Virus record (IMG/VR): IMGVR_UViG_3300025030_000093
Span: 2,507 to 66,506 of that record
Reading direction: 5' to 3' (one strand)
Length of the DNA: 64,000 nucleotides
Source: a virus
Shown here: piece by piece, positions 17,801-27,899 of the stretch
How the letters are laid out: each line of letters opens with the position of its first letter
Position numbering within the stretch: position 1 is the first letter of the stretch
Notes under the pieces: generated by a model
What the model was told of the DNA's origin: nothing
Seen by the model: only the letters and a program-made list of their open reading frames with translations
Databases searched by the model: none
Position numbers and translations under genes: made by a program

Positions 17801-19413
17801 TATCGCCCAAACTTTCCGCCGAACCCTCCGCGCCGGATAAAGGTAGTATCGTAAATCGTAACTGTTCCGCCACCTGTAGCAGAAGTACTAAACGAGTCCA
17901 GCGCCCCATAGGACGTACCCGCAGCATTAATTCCGTAGGCTTTATATCTGTAAAGAGTATCAGGTATTAAGCTGTCGGCATACAAGGCATAATCTCCAGT
18001 GCCGAGCGAGCCTGATTCACTGACTGTAAGCGTATCGCCCGCCAGGGTTGCACCTTTAGGCCAGACCTTAAATCCTCTTGAGGTCAGGTTCTTTCCGCCC
18101 GTGGAGTCAACAGCGGCGTGGAGAAGGACGGCCAGAGTATCAATGCCGGTAGTTAATCCAGGCTGACTCGCGGCGTGGTAGTAGATAATAAAATAAGGCT
18201 TTGTCGCGCTAGCGTTAGAATAAACAGAAGTCCCGGCCCATTCAGTAGAATCGCCTGAAATGTCGGTCGAGGACAGTATCATCATCCGCAAAGTTCGTAG
18301 GCCAACTTGAGCCGTAATCGAATCTTTACCGGCGATTGTGAATAAGGCACTAAACCAAGTGGCATTTTGGCCTGTAGGTACTTTTATTTGTGCGGTCAAA
18401 TATGAAGGAGTATAGGCCGCGGTCGCATCCCAGCCCTGAATGTCGTTATACCAACCAGCGGCAAATGAACCGGAGAAATTGCCCGCAACTCCGTAGAACA
18501 TGATAGAATCACCAGCGCCAGGGCCGGAACTATTATACCAGAAGAACCGAGTGCTATCTATAACGGAAGTGGCGGCATAACCTGATAAATCAAGCGAGAT
18601 CGCGGAACGATAGTTTGATGCGTCAGAGCGGCCCACTATAAAGTTATTGACAGCCGAGCCTATACCATCACTCAGTGAGTCTCTAGCAAACTTCCAGTTA
18701 GTCCCCGTAGGCCCAAACTGCCCGCTTGTTCCCGCATCAGCCGTATCTTGAATCGAAGGATCAACCGTAACCGGAAACAGTGCTCCAAACGTATTGAGCG
18801 TTACAATCAGCGAGTCTTGCTTATAACTTGCCGTCAGGTTGACAGGTTTCCCCGCTGCATCCAAAGCCGTGAAGGGCTGTATCTTCCGCTGGGCAATCCC
18901 ATCAGGGTCTTTCAGGCCCCATGCCAGACGAGTAGGAGAAGTTTCGGAGAGAATATAGTCAGCCTTCAACCCATACGAATTGAAGTGAAAGTTAATCCCA
19001 ACTTGTTTAGAAGTGAAGCCAGGAGCTGCCTCAAGGACATGACCGTTCTTCTCATAGCGTATCCGCCCGGTACTATCGTACTCGAACACGGATGGACCTA
19101 CATTCACACGCTTCTCGTACCCTGCTGTTTTCGCGGTACGCTCCGTTAGGTCGATCTTCTTCATCACTCCGGCGCTGTCGTAGTTCAGCCGCCCGCCAGA
19201 GGGCTGTGCAATCAGTATAAAATTCCCTTCGTCATACTTACCCTGCGCGAAGTGGAGGCTATCCTGAAAGACAAGGCCCTCGGATGTACGCTTACTTACG
19301 CGCTCAACAGTATGGGCGGGCTGTACCATCGGAACAGTTCGCGTGACCTGCACCTTATCAGCGGCCCACAGCGAGAAGGGCAGAAGCAGCAATACTAAGA
19401 GCTTATTACGCAT
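17800..19413 (-). CDS. signal-peptide-bearing multidomain beta protein (VDP junction, DNRLRE-like middle, FN3-like C-terminus)
   Basis: GGGAGG RBS; MRNKLLVLLLLPFSLWA|A; VTVDPS; NYRSAISLDLS; L.PDTLYRYKAYGINAAGTSYG. Confidence 0.75.
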   Translation of the reverse strand: MRNKLLVLLLLPFSLWAADKVQVTRTVPMVQPAHTVERVSKRTSEGLVFQDSLHFAQGKYDEGNFILIAQPSGGRLNYDSAGVMKKIDLTERTAKTAGYEKRVNVGPSVFEYDSTGRIRYEKNGHVLEAAPGFTSKQVGINFHFNSYGLKADYILSETSPTRLAWGLKDPDGIAQRKIQPFTALDAAGKPVNLTASYKQDSLIVTLNTFGALFPVTVDPSIQDTADAGTSGQFGPTGTNWKFARDSLSDGIGSAVNNFIVGRSDASNYRSAISLDLSGYAATSVIDSTRFFWYNSSGPGAGDSIMFYGVAGNFSGSFAAGWYNDIQGWDATAAYTPSYLTAQIKVPTGQNATWFSALFTIAGKDSITAQVGLRTLRMMILSSTDISGDSTEWAGTSVYSNASATKPYFIIYYHAASQPGLTTGIDTLAVLLHAAVDSTGGKNLTSRGFKVWPKGATLAGDTLTVSESGSLGTGDYALYADSLIPDTLYRYKAYGINAAGTSYGALDSFSTSATGGGTVTIYDTTFIRRGGFGGKFGR

Positions 19414-19423
19414 TTGCCCTCCC

Positions 19424-20611
19424 TTAATCTCTAAAGAGTACATGGACGCGCTTCATAATAGCCTTCATCGCAGGACGCATACTCCACCAACTCAACCGCA
19501 CAGAGTCCGCAGGCACGAGAGTCAACTGGATAGCGTAGAGCGAATCGTGGAAAGCGATACTGTCGTTTACGATCAGATTCTTGCTGAATATAGAACCCGG
19601 ATACCAAAGCGTACTTCCTTTGGGCTTGACTTGAGCACCTACACCGATAATTGTTCCTGTACTAGTGACAGGCACAGCATCGAGAAACACGGTAACGTAA
19701 CCCATGCGTCCGGTGAAAGCCGCCGTAGTTTCCGTATCGGCCTTTGAAAAACTGGTGTCGTAACTGGCGATTGTCAGCGTGTCTATCGGATAGATAGGCA
19801 GAACAGGGATTGAATCCTTGCCGCTTATTCGTACGATAGTCGTATCTAAAGGTGAAGGTCGATTGGTAATCGTGTCACCACGAGTGATTATATCTGATGT
19901 AACTACCGTGTCCAGCGGAGAAGTCCTGTTCGTGATCGTGTCGCCTCTGGTAATGATCGTACTTGTAACGACCGTATCTTCCGCTGTAATCTTCGCGGTT
20001 AAAGTATCCTGTTCACTCTGCCGAACGATAACGGTATCTATGGTAACAATCGAAATCGTATCAGCGGATGTTACGGCCAACGTGGCGTTCACATCAATCT
20101 TACCGTCCGAGGTCGCGCTGGCGAACTCCTTATTCAACAGCCAGACCCGCACCGTATCATTGAGCGCCATCGAGTCCGCGTCATGGAAGGTATAATCTAT
20201 ATACGGGAAAACATCGAGTACCTGTTCATTATGCCGTACCGTGATTGTAGTGTCCGGCCAAGTCCCGGTAGTGCCGTATCCAGACTGGTTACGCCGGAAG
20301 GTCACGCGATCTACGCCGATGACCGCCGTAGCTGTTTTAGTTCTCACGGATAATGTCCAGACTCGCGGTTGGCCCTTGGATAGTGAATCCAATGCAACCG
20401 AGTCCGCCTGTACTCCGCCGACCACGATTTTCCCGCGCCGGAGTTCCGTACGAACATGAGGCGGAACTTTGACCATCAGCCGAGGATCGCTCGTATCCGG
20501 GTAGAGAATATCGTCAATCTTAAAGACTACCGGAGTAGGTGTAGTGGTCTGTCCGTAACCTAATGCGGCACAAGCCAATAGGCCGAATACTAAAAACTTC
20601 CAAACTTTCAT
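19424..20611 (-). CDS. signal-peptide-bearing DT-repeat protein
   Basis: GGGGAG RBS; MKVWKFLVFGLLACAALGYG|Q; 22-aa repeats DTVVTS.IITRGDTITNR.SPL. Confidence 0.75.
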   Translation of the reverse strand: MKVWKFLVFGLLACAALGYGQTTTPTPVVFKIDDILYPDTSDPRLMVKVPPHVRTELRRGKIVVGGVQADSVALDSLSKGQPRVWTLSVRTKTATAVIGVDRVTFRRNQSGYGTTGTWPDTTITVRHNEQVLDVFPYIDYTFHDADSMALNDTVRVWLLNKEFASATSDGKIDVNATLAVTSADTISIVTIDTVIVRQSEQDTLTAKITAEDTVVTSTIITRGDTITNRTSPLDTVVTSDIITRGDTITNRPSPLDTTIVRISGKDSIPVLPIYPIDTLTIASYDTSFSKADTETTAAFTGRMGYVTVFLDAVPVTSTGTIIGVGAQVKPKGSTLWYPGSIFSKNLIVNDSIAFHDSLYAIQLTLVPADSVRLSWWSMRPAMKAIMKRVHVLFRD

Positions 20612-20680
20612 TTTAGTTCTCCCCTTCTGGTTAATTGAGACTTGCTCTATATATTGCATGTTATCTCCCAAAAATCAAGA

Positions 20681-21505
20681 TCAGAAATCGGTGATCTGCG
20701 CAGAGCCATTAGTCAGGAATGAACCAAGTAACCGTTTATATAGATAATCGGTTGGCAGAGTAGGCGATAGTGCAGCGGTAAATACAATATCCTCATCAGC
20801 CCCCGCAGCTTTTGCGATAATAAAAACGTGATACCAATCATCATTTGCTATAGCTCCACTGTCCAATCCGCCATTGCCGGTCGCGGCAACCCATGCCGTT
20901 AGTACTTTAGTCCACGCACCGGATAGAGCCATATCTACGGTATCGGTATCATCCCGCGTACACCCCTTGGCGATACCAAGTGTAGTCGCGCCGCCCCTAC
21001 TAAGAGCTAAACCGCTACGATAATAAGTCGATGAACCATAAGCAATTGTTGCAAGATTAGTCAATAAACTGCCATCGGACGCAGGAAGTCTACCTGTAGT
21101 CGTAAATACAAGCACATTACCGGCTGTCGTGCCCGTATCTAGTGCTGCCGCCGTTCCAAGCCCCAGCGCACTTCTCGCATAGGCCGCGCTTGTAGCGTTA
21201 ATCAGTCCCGCTCCCGTCCCGGTAATTGGCGGATACCAGCAGTAATCCAATGTAGCTATCACCACATCGGCAGAAGTCGCTAGTATGAACTTGTAAAGCC
21301 CCTGCACGAATATGGCGGCCCGGCCAGTCGAGTCTAATATCACCGGATTGGCATTGGGCGTCTGCATTTGTCCATCGGCCCACGTTGTTTTAGTATTACT
21401 TGTTCCAGCTTCATAGGCATACAACTTGCCGCCATTGAGCACGGCCCCGGCACTATCGAAGAACTGTGAAGTTGGAATCTGAAGCGGTACAGCATAATTA
21501 GCCAT
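20681..21505 (-). CDS. tail fibre/spike-like protein with podovirus head-binding domain
   Basis: QFFD..G..L.GGKLY.YEAGT...TW.D......NPVILDS.GRA.IF N-terminus; ARSALGLGTAA fibre motif. Confidence 0.8.
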   Translation of the reverse strand: MANYAVPLQIPTSQFFDSAGAVLNGGKLYAYEAGTSNTKTTWADGQMQTPNANPVILDSTGRAAIFVQGLYKFILATSADVVIATLDYCWYPPITGTGAGLINATSAAYARSALGLGTAAALDTGTTAGNVLVFTTTGRLPASDGSLLTNLATIAYGSSTYYRSGLALSRGGATTLGIAKGCTRDDTDTVDMALSGAWTKVLTAWVAATGNGGLDSGAIANDDWYHVFIIAKAAGADEDIVFTAALSPTLPTDYLYKRLLGSFLTNGSAQITDF

Positions 21506-21507
21506 AG

Positions 21508-24500
21508 TTAGTGTCCCGTCCTTCCTGTTCTCCTGCGTCTCGGACTAAGCCGTCCGCGCGGAGGTTCCTGTTTCTTTTCGGCAATAGTGGGATTGATAGC
21601 GTAGTCGCTGTAGCCCATTAATTTGCGATAATCAATCTCACCGGTTTCGGCCATCTTGTATATGTTCTTGGCATAACGCGCAGGCCCAGCATACGGAATA
21701 CCTGCAACCTTGGATACAGCATCCGTCAACATATCTATAGTTTTAAGTATATCATCTTCACTGACATCATCTTGTCCACCCTGCCGGAAGATACGCTCTA
21801 TAACTCTCTTTGCATAGTCTATATTTTCAAAAACCGGATTGCCACCTATCCCATTGAAAGAGAAGAATCTGCCGCCGCGAGAAGCGGTAACAGCACCTTT
21901 TACTGTAGGCTCTATTAAGTTGCCCCAAAACGGAATGCCGTTTAAACTGCCGGTAATCAGGGCCGACAACATACTTTCATCATCCCAATGGAACGCCTTA
22001 TCAACTAAGGCAAACAACACAGGCAGTACGGTATTAGCGATAGCAAAACGCTTTAGGTTCTCGGCCTTGCTTCCGCGTCCACGCTTCAAATTTGACAAGG
22101 CGGAATAAGTCATATTGAAATAACTATTCGGCGCGGACTGGAACATCGTAAAGAGTCGCCAAAGCGGATGATCGCGCATAAGTGCGGGCATGTCGGGTAT
22201 GGCCCCGGATTGCTGAGAGCGGCGCGTTGAGACTTCAAATTCATACATGGCGACTTCTTCCGCTTTTGCCGTAGCGGTCTTTATATCTACGTTCTTCGCC
22301 CGGAGCTCATTAAAGGTCTTATCGTAGTGATACTTATAAACAGGATAGCCGCCTAAAATGACAGCACCAGCATCACCAAGCATTGTGGCAAACATCGCTT
22401 TTTGTTTCCAGTTCTTTGCCCCGCCTATCATCTGCGCTTCGGCCCGCTGGAAGTTCAGCATGACATCTCGATCCCAACCCAAACCATAACGGGCCTTCAT
22501 TAACTCAGAATTTTTGAGAGTCCTGACCGCCTCCGCCGGATTAGCCATGACAGACCCTAATCCCTTGAACCATTGCGTCACAGGTATGTCCGCCGCGTAA
22601 GCCGGAAAAGAAACTAACTGCTTGGGAATCATCGTCAAGTTGTATCCCAAAACGGCTACAGAGAAGTTGCCCCGAAGTGTATTCAACCATTTACCAACCT
22701 TGGCTGAATCCAGTCCACCACGCGCCATAGTATTGATCGTATCATCTATCTTGCTCATCATGGACGCACCAAAATTCTGCTTGATGGCGATCCGCATTTC
22801 TTCATTATTAAAAGTAGCCCGCAAATCACGAATGGTTGTGGCCCAAGCCTTGAAATGTTCCATCTCGACCATGTGGGCAATCAACATTTGGTTCAGGCCG
22901 GTATTTTTTATTTCGCGGGCATTCTTTGTGCGGCTCAATAAGTGTTTGCTGTGAATCCGCGAAAAGAAATTCTGATTCGACCGAAGCATCTGATCGTTAT
23001 AATCATCACCGCCCTTTTCATAAACAACCGACAATGGGGTATACATCGGATTGTAAGGCAAATCCACATAATACATTTCACGAAATACTTCATTCGCGCC
23101 GTGATAATATGTTGGATACCAGTCATATAGTTGCCATTCGGCCCACTTCTTCATCTGCGGCGTAATCCATGCTTCCAGTTTATCCATCGTGTCTTGCGTC
23201 CATCCCATACTTGCAAATTTATCGCGTAAAGTTAAGTCCTGCCATTCGGTCCACTTCTTAGCCGCTTGTTCCTGACTAAGTACAAGATGAATCGTTTTGC
23301 CCTTTTGAGTAATCGTAATGCCGGTATCTTCTGGCAGATTCATCTTTTCGGCCATTTTAACCATTTCTTTGGAATCGGTTGTCCCAAAAATCTCTTGAGC
23401 CTTGCCACTTATGATTAGAAAATTCTCACGCACGCCCCTTGTTTCGGCATTTATGGAATTATTAATCATCGGCGCAAATGCTCTATTAAAGAAGCCATGA
23501 TATGCACGACTTGTTTTCTCGCCACGATCTAATTCATCAAATATATTTTCAAATCTAAGGCTTTCATACGCTATATCTGTAAAAAATCCAGGTTCTTTCA
23601 GTCCGCCGAGTTCGGCGATTTGCGCTTGAGATAGAGTACCCTTGCCCTCCGAAACCAGTGCAATTCCGCTTTCATTCAGTTTTTTAACCTTCTCAGTTCT
23701 TTCCGCGTTTTCCTTCATCCGCTCAGTGCGTCCGGTTTTGATAATATCTTCCAGCGCCGCCAGCGCCCCTAACATTTGCTTCTGATCTTTATCTTTGATA
23801 TTACCAAAAGTTTTTAATAGATATATCGCTTCCTGATCTTTTTGATCTATGTCTGGTACGTTCTCCCGATTGGCGACAGTAGCATCATTCTGAATGTCTA
23901 TCTTCTTGTAAAGGTCATCGAGTTGAGATTGGACATCTTCTTCGCGTAAATCAACCATACCCCGCACTTTATCCAGCATACCGTATTCATCTGGCATTAA
24001 AGACGGCCCACTGATCTTGCCTTCTTTTGTTTTCGGCTTATACTTTGTCAGCAGATCATCGAACTTATTCCGCATCTGTTTCATCGAAACCGAGCGACTA
24101 ATATCGTCTATCCGGTCAAAGGCAGACGCCACATCTTCCAGAGTTCTTGCCTTCGCCACAGCCGTCAGGAGCGCACTGTTCTGTTGGTAGGTTGCTTCAG
24201 TGCCTCTCGGTAAATTTCTACGGCCATAATCGAGAATCAACTGTTTTGTCGCCAGCATCGCCTGTTGCATATCGAACTGACCGAGACGATGACCTTTACT
24301 GAGTGCGTTGATTTCCCGCTTGATCTGCGTACTCATCCGCATACGAATCCAGGAGTCTTTGTCCTTCTCCGGTACGCCTTTCGCCATTGCGTCGATCTTC
24401 TTCTGCAACCGGGCATCGGCGGACGGCTTTGTACTGAAAGGTACATTGGTCTGGATATGCAGGATATTATCCTCAATCTCCTGCGCCTTATCCACAAGCC

Positions 24501-27500
24501 GCTGTTGGATAACTTCTGTCGGCTGACCGTAACGCACCTGCGGCAGTTCGCGCAGAGCCTTATAGACCTCGCTCAACTGATCTTTTAGGACACGGATATT
24601 CTGAGTGCGGAATGCCGGACCTTCACTACCCGATATGGCCTCATTCTTAGCCGTTGACCGGGCGTACTTGTAAGAGTCGCGGATTAATTGCTCGATCTCT
24701 TTATCGTTGAAAGAGATACGATTCGCACCAAAGAGTCTGCGTAACGCCTGCTTGAACCAGAAGATAACGCGGTCCTTCAGACTGACCGGCAGAGAATCAA
24801 AGTTTTCTCTTTCCGCATGTTCGGCAAACCATTCTCGCGCTTCCATTTGCTGACTACGGCCACTTTCCTGCGAACGCTTCTTAAGAAGTGGCGAGATATA
24901 TTTATCCCGCAGAAGATCATCTACAAACCGCGAGAAGCCATTTTCGCCAAGTAAGCCTTCTATGCCTGCATGGCCGACAATCTCATGGTGTGCTACGACA
25001 ATCGCCTCACGGACATCGTTAATACCACTGGAAATAAGATAAACGTTATGTGTGCCTGTGTCATCGTAGAGGCCGGATACAACATTGCCACGCGCACCTT
25101 CGTTCAGGGCGGCATTACGCAATCTACCTTCGGGTAGATCGTGCGGAGATTCTACCACGACAATCGGAACGCCGTATAGTGAACGCAGAGGCTTGATCGC
25201 TTCTTCCAGCGCGGATACTTCCATGCCGGGACCGCCAGCCGGACGGACGGCCTGATCGGCTTTCATTGATACGCCTCTTTGCCTTACCGCGTATCCGCCT
25301 TTATGAGATACCACTTCGTACTCATTGTTTCCAAGTTCATTTGCCTTGCGCTGTGCCGCCTGTTGAGTCTTAAACGGATTGCCAGACTTCGGCAGAATAA
25401 GTTCAACGGGCTTTTTCTCGACATGAATATCCGGTTCCGCAGTCGGCGGCATTTTATTCTTTAATGCCTGTAACTGCGAATCATAATCGCCAAGCAGAAT
25501 GAAGTCGGATTGATCTTTGGATGTAGAGAAACGGTCGTACTGTTCATCTACGCGCTTTTCGGCCCAATCTACAACGGACTTTTGTTCGTCAGGATTCAGC
25601 TTATCGAAGTGCTTAAAGCCTGCGTCACGTTCAGGTACATCCTTACCGGAAAGTTCTTTAGCCCGATCTTCCGAGATACCAAAGAAGAAGTCGGAGGGAT
25701 AGGTAGATACGACAGGCTGAGTTTCTGTACCCTTTTCGGGTACGATTGTACCCTCTTTGGGAACGATCTCCGCCGCCTTTTCTTGAACAGGAACTTCGGC
25801 CTTTTCGGGAATGATTTCCGGCGCACCCGTCTCTTTGCCCGCCTCGCTAACGGGGGTAGGAATAGCCCCCTGGCCTTTGCTCTCAGGAATCGCTTCTGTA
25901 TATAGGCTCGGCGACGTAGAAATGGCACTTTCAGGGGTAGTCTCTACCGCCTTTGCTGTTTCCGGTTTTGTTGGTTCTGCCACCGGTTGTTCCGTGCGTC
26001 CAAAATCAAGACTTATCGGTACGCTTCCGGGGATATACGATTGGGCGAACTTTAAATAATCCGCCTGCTGTTCTGGCGTCATGGACGGCCCGGCTTTTGT
26101 GCCCAAGAAGTCTATTCCGCGTCCGGGCGGCAATGCAAGTTGTTTTTGCTGTGACGGCTCAAGGCTATACACAGCCAGCATCATCTGCTGGGCGGGCGGC
26201 AACTGATCGAATCTGACATAGGACACCCTGCCATTCGCGCCGATCAACGGGAATGTCGCCGGTTGAGTACCGGAATATCTCCGAATGACTTGCTGTTGCA
26301 TCGCAGGTAACTGCTCAAATGGAACTTGTTCAAGCATCCCTTCGGGAGAAAGCAAAGGATAGGTGTTGCTTTCCGCAGGTAAAACAGCCCCTTCCGGCCC
26401 TGTTTCTTTAGCTATTGCTGTGGCTTCTGCTTCAATGTCGGCCTGCGTCAGTTCGCCCTTTGCCAGATCGGCTTCCACTTCCGGCGTCAGTTCCTTGGTG
26501 AACGGTTGTTCGACGGGCATTACTTCCGCCGTCCCGCCGGTCATTCTTTGAACCGCCGCACCCTGCGCCTCTCTCTCTGCATTTTCCGCCAACCAAGCAT
26601 TCCGTTCTTTTTCTATATCTCCCAAGAAAGGTTGTGCTTTCTGTTCCATCAGATAGCTCTTAGTGGCTTCTCGCGCCAATCCTTCGCTTCTACCAGTTAG
26701 GATGTCGAGGCTTGTCAATATCTGCGGCGGAACTTTAGCGCCTTCCTTGGCGAAACTCACGGCGATCTCAGTATGTAAATCTTTAATTGATTTCTTGGTA
26801 AAGCCTTCCTTGGCGAAATAGGTATTGACCGCCGTATCGAATAAGCGTATCAGTTTCTCTTCTTTCGGAATATCGGGATCATTCAGAATCTTCGCGGTTT
26901 CTACCGGATCGGTTCCAAGTAGATAGTTACCAAGCGGTATTCGTGCAAGCGAACCAACGGATACGATTCCGCCGGGAATCGCGGCCAAAGCCCAAAACGT
27001 TAATCCCATTCTAAGACCATGCAACGCAGCCTGAGAGCGTTCATCTATTCCGCCTTCAGTTCGTGCGGCCTCAACGGCGGTAAATACCGGAATATCATTT
27101 AAGGCTTTGTTGGCCATATAACGCGCAGCGCGACCAAAAGGTGTGGCCGAAGGAATTTTAGATACTAGGTTTAATATCTGTTTTCCGGCTAGTGCTTTTG
27201 CTACGATCCCCCCGGCAGCCATCTCTCCAATAAATTCAGTCAGTTGTCCGGCTGTAGCGCCGACATAACCACCGAAGTCTTTCGGTTCGCCCACGAAGTC
27301 ATTGACTTTCTTTTTCCATTCTTCACGCGCATATTTATTAGCGGCCAAAGTTTCTTCAGAGAATTTCGGTAAGGGTTGCCCTGGAATCGCCACTTGTCTA
27401 GCGACTCTATCCATCAGATCGTCTATACTCAAACCCGTAGCCGTGGCGGCCTTCAAAAGTTGGCCCGGATATTGCTGAAGTAATCCGCCCTTCTCGAACA

Positions 27501-27897
27501 TCTGCTGATCTTGTTCGGACATCCCTTCCGCGCCAGCCGGAGCCATTAAGGACATAGCACTCTTAGGTTTAGTAGGTTCTTGTACCGGCGGATTCAACCT
27601 CTCGCCCAATCTCCTGTCGATTTCCTCGGCCAGAATATCGTGATTCTGCGCCAGAATAGAAGATTGAGACTGAGGCCGGACAGACTGCGTACCATTGCCG
27701 TTACTCGGAACCGTAGTATTCGCCAGTGTCGAATCAAATACAGGCCATTCGTCCATTTCGTAATATTGCGACATAGCGTCATAGACTCTTTTGCGCACGT
27801 CCGGGCCGGACATTGATTTTGCAAACGTGTCGTAATCCTCAGTCATGTCGTAGTGTTGCGACATAGTATCGTACAAGTTTTTAATAGTATCTGCCAT
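21508..27897 (-). CDS. large internal virion/ejection protein (2129 aa) with MPTase-like HExxxH motif
   Basis: Position after small ejection genes; AHHEIVGHAG; helical C-terminal region. Confidence 0.8.
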   Translation of the reverse strand: MADTIKNLYDTMSQHYDMTEDYDTFAKSMSGPDVRKRVYDAMSQYYEMDEWPVFDSTLANTTVPSNGNGTQSVRPQSQSSILAQNHDILAEEIDRRLGERLNPPVQEPTKPKSAMSLMAPAGAEGMSEQDQQMFEKGGLLQQYPGQLLKAATATGLSIDDLMDRVARQVAIPGQPLPKFSEETLAANKYAREEWKKKVNDFVGEPKDFGGYVGATAGQLTEFIGEMAAGGIVAKALAGKQILNLVSKIPSATPFGRAARYMANKALNDIPVFTAVEAARTEGGIDERSQAALHGLRMGLTFWALAAIPGGIVSVGSLARIPLGNYLLGTDPVETAKILNDPDIPKEEKLIRLFDTAVNTYFAKEGFTKKSIKDLHTEIAVSFAKEGAKVPPQILTSLDILTGRSEGLAREATKSYLMEQKAQPFLGDIEKERNAWLAENAEREAQGAAVQRMTGGTAEVMPVEQPFTKELTPEVEADLAKGELTQADIEAEATAIAKETGPEGAVLPAESNTYPLLSPEGMLEQVPFEQLPAMQQQVIRRYSGTQPATFPLIGANGRVSYVRFDQLPPAQQMMLAVYSLEPSQQKQLALPPGRGIDFLGTKAGPSMTPEQQADYLKFAQSYIPGSVPISLDFGRTEQPVAEPTKPETAKAVETTPESAISTSPSLYTEAIPESKGQGAIPTPVSEAGKETGAPEIIPEKAEVPVQEKAAEIVPKEGTIVPEKGTETQPVVSTYPSDFFFGISEDRAKELSGKDVPERDAGFKHFDKLNPDEQKSVVDWAEKRVDEQYDRFSTSKDQSDFILLGDYDSQLQALKNKMPPTAEPDIHVEKKPVELILPKSGNPFKTQQAAQRKANELGNNEYEVVSHKGGYAVRQRGVSMKADQAVRPAGGPGMEVSALEEAIKPLRSLYGVPIVVVESPHDLPEGRLRNAALNEGARGNVVSGLYDDTGTHNVYLISSGINDVREAIVVAHHEIVGHAGIEGLLGENGFSRFVDDLLRDKYISPLLKKRSQESGRSQQMEAREWFAEHAERENFDSLPVSLKDRVIFWFKQALRRLFGANRISFNDKEIEQLIRDSYKYARSTAKNEAISGSEGPAFRTQNIRVLKDQLSEVYKALRELPQVRYGQPTEVIQQRLVDKAQEIEDNILHIQTNVPFSTKPSADARLQKKIDAMAKGVPEKDKDSWIRMRMSTQIKREINALSKGHRLGQFDMQQAMLATKQLILDYGRRNLPRGTEATYQQNSALLTAVAKARTLEDVASAFDRIDDISRSVSMKQMRNKFDDLLTKYKPKTKEGKISGPSLMPDEYGMLDKVRGMVDLREEDVQSQLDDLYKKIDIQNDATVANRENVPDIDQKDQEAIYLLKTFGNIKDKDQKQMLGALAALEDIIKTGRTERMKENAERTEKVKKLNESGIALVSEGKGTLSQAQIAELGGLKEPGFFTDIAYESLRFENIFDELDRGEKTSRAYHGFFNRAFAPMINNSINAETRGVRENFLIISGKAQEIFGTTDSKEMVKMAEKMNLPEDTGITITQKGKTIHLVLSQEQAAKKWTEWQDLTLRDKFASMGWTQDTMDKLEAWITPQMKKWAEWQLYDWYPTYYHGANEVFREMYYVDLPYNPMYTPLSVVYEKGGDDYNDQMLRSNQNFFSRIHSKHLLSRTKNAREIKNTGLNQMLIAHMVEMEHFKAWATTIRDLRATFNNEEMRIAIKQNFGASMMSKIDDTINTMARGGLDSAKVGKWLNTLRGNFSVAVLGYNLTMIPKQLVSFPAYAADIPVTQWFKGLGSVMANPAEAVRTLKNSELMKARYGLGWDRDVMLNFQRAEAQMIGGAKNWKQKAMFATMLGDAGAVILGGYPVYKYHYDKTFNELRAKNVDIKTATAKAEEVAMYEFEVSTRRSQQSGAIPDMPALMRDHPLWRLFTMFQSAPNSYFNMTYSALSNLKRGRGSKAENLKRFAIANTVLPVLFALVDKAFHWDDESMLSALITGSLNGIPFWGNLIEPTVKGAVTASRGGRFFSFNGIGGNPVFENIDYAKRVIERIFRQGGQDDVSEDDILKTIDMLTDAVSKVAGIPYAGPARYAKNIYKMAETGEIDYRKLMGYSDYAINPTIAEKKQEPPRGRLSPRRRRTGRTGH

Positions 27898-27899
27898 AG

